NCBI GenBank assembly: GCA_964270895.1
Contig: OZ185435.1
Source: Podarcis filfolensis
Lineage: Eukaryota
DNA length: 64,000 nt
Strand: one strand, 5' to 3'
Positions 60,401 to 64,000 of this stretch are shown in pieces. The position numbers and the translations under genes are program-made. The notes under the pieces were generated by a model. That model was not told the DNA's origin and ran no database searches. It was given only the letters and a program-made list of their open reading frames with translations. Each line of letters starts with the position of its first letter. The first letter of the stretch is position 1.

Positions 60401-63400
60401 TGCTAATAACCAATTCACTTTAATGGAGGAAATTATTCATTATTAAAGTTGAAAGGAAGCAAATTCATATCTATGGCTTGGATCCTAACTTGTCATTCTG
60501 TGAATGGGAAGGCACTTACATTTACAAATGGAGAGTTACAATCATGGAAGAGATTGTTAATGGAGTAAAGTGTTGGGGCCCATTTTCCCCCCACTTTCTC
60601 TCTACAGGTACTTACAATAGCTTGTAGAGTTTCATAACCAGAGTCCAGTGAAATATGACAATTTTGCCCATTGTCACTTTACATTCTTTCTTGCTACCCT
60701 AAATGTAAGACAACAAGAACTCCTGATATTGTTGTGTAATTCTTTTGGACAAAAAGAAGACTATCAGTCTCAAGCTCTAGTCTAGCATCTTTAAGTGTTA
60801 CCTTAGATTCTTAAATAATGAAATCAGTCTTTCAGCACCAACAAAATTGCTATTGTACTGTTGGAAGTAGGGCTTTGCAGCTGGAAATATCAACATTCCT
60901 TTCAGAAACTACATTTGGCTCTTTAGACTATGCTACAAGGCACTCACTCCATGTAGTATCAAGTGAGGGAATCATCTTTAAAATGAAAGGCACAGCAGAC
61001 AATATGTTTTCCCCCCAGAAAAACTAATATGAGGGACTCCGGATTAATCAGAAGCAAGGCACCATCAGAAAAATCTTCTGAGGCTGGATTCCTAAATGCA
61101 GCTACTAACAAACCCCACTGAATACATGCCCTGCATAGGATCAAGCTGCTGGTAACATGATTCAGATAACCAAGAAACATAGGATGAACAATGAAATGGA
61201 AGTTTATCCATTGCTGTGTAGAATATAAATTTTGTCAAAATGAAAAAATCAAAGGCAATAATAGTTTTAGATAAGCACTGATATAATTGTTATAGCATCA
61301 AGTGTGAAGCAAGAACCATTAACTATGAGAGGAGGTAGTAGCATAAATATTGGATAGCTTCTCCATGTACAGTATAAATACAATGGCTCGTGTTGCACAG
61401 TGTATTTTAGGTAGGTAACAGGACTTTAACCCTAACCATATTGACTCATAAGTAAGTATTGTTGAATTAAATGGAAGGTAGGCCGGGTTAAGATTGTTGC
61501 CTAAACAATCTGTTTCTGCTCTGGGCTGCCTACTTCAAGAAGAGCTTTCAGCATCAGGTTCTGAAATGCTGTTCCACTGTTAAATACTTTAAGCATGCAT
61601 AGTACAGAAAGTGTGAGCACAGAAAAAAAGAGATTTCTTTAGTTTGGACTTGAAAGAAGAAAATAATTCCTGACTCCTCCCCCCATCCCCTGATTGCAAT
61701 AAGGCTAGCGTGTGGCGCAATATTGCTTAGCTGCCACTATGCCGAAAGCTTCACCATATACCTGCCTGCCTGCCTGCCTGCCTATTTTCCCCACCGCTCA
61801 ATGCATAACGCGTCTAGCTCAAATCAAAGTCAGCATGTCTGGCTAAACAGAATGGAACAGAAATGGAAAATATCACTTGTCCTAGGGTGTGAAGAATCAG
61901 GGATTGTGGCAGCATTCCCTGGGGATATTCCCTGGCAGGTGGCAAAAGTAGAAAACTTAAACTTGAACCACTTATTTTTACATCCTCAAATCACATTTCT
62001 TTTTTACATAACCAAATTGAGATGTAGAAGTTACAAGATATAGTCTGTGAATGCAGTCTCAGAGTTATTTTGATCTCTTCTTTTACAAAAATGATTGCCA
62101 ATTACTGTGACTGCTTATATCCATATAAAACACTAGTTAGAGGAATGGTCATTTTTTTTAAAGGAACAGAGTCTACTTGGTTATCAGAATTGTTAGTTTA
62201 TGTGAATATTACAGCTTGTGAAATTTAGTTTATTAATATAATGGCAACCAACTTCACTGATCCCACCATAGGAAATTATGTTGCTTTGAAATATTGAACA
62301 CAGGGCTCTGAGACTGTGGTAAATTTTTTTTAGCTAATATTTTCAAACTTAATAAATAGTCCAGCATGTACCATACACTTTGGTGTGCGAAATGGTCCAA
62401 GAGGCATTGGTGCACTAATGCTTAAGGAATGCAACTCATGCTGTTTAATGTCATTTTGGAGGGGATTTTTAAGGGATAGTTCAATGGCTATTAACAGTTG
62501 TAGTTTTCTGTTGACTGTTGATAGTTACTACTGTGTCCCCCCTCCACCTTGAAAGCTCTTTTTGTTTTAAGGAGTTAATATTTTTACAAGGGCAGTGGCA
62601 ATTATTAATGAAGACTATAACCACAGGAAAAGTACATCCTGGAGGCAGTAACATTAATAGAAGCACTTGGGAATTAACAGAGTGCCAATCATTTAAATAT
62701 ATCTTGGCTTTTCTAATATGTGTACATTTTGTAGGGTGTCTTTTTCTTCTGGATGCTTACGATGATTATTCTTCAGAACAGGAAACTGTTTAGGAGACCT
62801 TGTCAAAAGTTCTCTCATTAGAGGGGGGACCTAGAGTCCTTTCAATTTCCTGTGTGGAATGCCTGGTGTTTGCTGGCTAGCTAATCTTTCAGTTTCCATT
62901 TAAATAAACAGCAGCAGAACTGACTCGATAAGTGTGCCACTAAATGGATCATATTACCGCTTAACTTGGGGCTAATGCTCAACTATGTGGTTTGTACACC
63001 AAAAAAAGGCAGTTCACAAATTAGTTATGAAACAAAAGCCAACAATATTGCTGTCTTTGTGTCACTCCATCAAATCTGATTAGTCTGTTACAAGACAAAA
63101 GCAAAGAATTTCATGCAGAAATATAAATTGTGTTGGCAAATTTTACACAGTACTCTGGAAGGAACGCATTGTTGATAGTTGTTCCATCCCTAAGATTTTA
63201 CTTTTGGCTTGAATTGGAATTCCTTACTTTCATTTATTTCAATCAGGAATCCCTGCAAACTGTTCAATCCGAACCCATTTTTGTTATGAGCTGTGGGAAA
63301 TAAAAGCCACCGGGGACTGAGGAGCCCGTTATCACTAATTCAAAATTTAGGCTGCAATCCTAACCCCATTTACCTGGGAGTAAGTGCAGTGTTAGAAGGA

Positions 63401-63636
63401 CCACATTGGTTTTCTAATGAAAGTGACATGAGCTTACTGTCGGACAAATGTCAGCTGTCATTTAAGCCCTTAAGATGGGATGTGGTCTTGCAGTCCCTCA
63501 CACCAGGGTCCTTCACATTCCATCCCTCTCCAACCATCAGAAGGCCCTGCAAATGACCTTTGCGCACATGGTGTTACTCATCAGGAGACCAGCGTGTCTG
63601 TAACTAACTGGTTCAGGATAAGCTAGATTGGAGATG

Positions 63637-63755
63637 CATGGCGTAGCCCGGGGGGGGCAGGGAGGGGCAGCTGCCCCCCATCAATAAAATTCAATAAAAA
63701 TACATAGCTAACTGGGGGCCTTCTCCCCCTAACAAAAATCCTGGCTACGCCCATG
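63637..63755. mobile_element. Short hAT-type MITE
   Basis: TIRs CATGGCGTAGCC / GGCTACGCCCATG; 8-bp TSD tggagatg/ttgagatg. Confidence 0.8.
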
Positions 63756-63798
63756 TTGAGATGTAAGAGCTCCTTTTATTTTCAAACTTGTTTCAATA

Positions 63799-64000
63799 TA
63801 GTGGTACCTCGGGTTACAGATGCTTCAGGTTACAGACGCTTCAGGTTACAGACTCCGCTAACCCAGAAATAGTACCTCAGGTTAAGAACTTTGCTTCAGG
63901 ATGAGAACAGAAATTGTGTGGCGGCAGCGCAACAGCAGCAGCAGGAGGCCCCATTAGCTAAAGTGGTGCTTCAGGTTAAGAACAGTTTCAGGTTAAGAAC
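63799..64000. mobile_element. Tc1/mariner MITE, truncated by window end
   Basis: TA then (T)AGTGGTACCTCGGGTTACA. Highly similar to 958-1166, with an extra GCTTCAGGTTACAGA unit. Confidence 0.9.

Larger units (their letters stand above)
4380..64000 (+). other. SOX6: Inferred 5' regulatory / 5'UTR-intronic region of SOX6 (no coding exon recognised)
   Basis: Synteny inference only. In human, SOX6 lies head-to-head with C11orf58, with a CpG-island cluster upstream of its coding exons. Here a large developmental-type CpG domain and plus-strand splice signals lie on that side. The MSSKQATSPF exon is not in the window. Confidence 0.6.

Overview
Squamate reptile genomic DNA, probably a lacertid lizard, judged from Sauria SINEs, lizard-type Penelope ends and typical MITEs. 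The only protein-coding gene I can support from sequence is C11orf58 (SMAP, small acidic protein). Its coding exons 1-3 lie on the minus strand (3964-3899, 1602-1519, 289-229) and the gene continues off the left edge. Its CpG-island promoter (~3.4-4.5 kb) carries opposed ZNF143/THAP11-type motifs and looks bidirectional. By synteny (in human SOX6 is head-to-head with C11orf58), the rest of the window should be the 5' regulatory/UTR region of SOX6 on the plus strand. No recognisable SOX6 coding exon is present, so that assignment is inference. A ~14.5 kb CpG-rich domain (30.3-44.7 kb) contains several candidate exons on both strands. The rest is repeat-rich non-coding DNA with one 160-N gap. 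Best leads: (1) a distal minus-strand exon that would give C11orf58 an in-frame alternative N-terminus from ~28 kb upstream; (2) plus-strand exons whose ATGs would extend SOX6 in frame behind uORFs; (3) a four-exon antisense splice chain with an 84-aa spliced ORF; (4) Penelope hammerhead ribozyme motifs; (5) a dense cluster of palindromic MITE relics inside the CpG domain. Splice predictions were made by eye and need RNA evidence.
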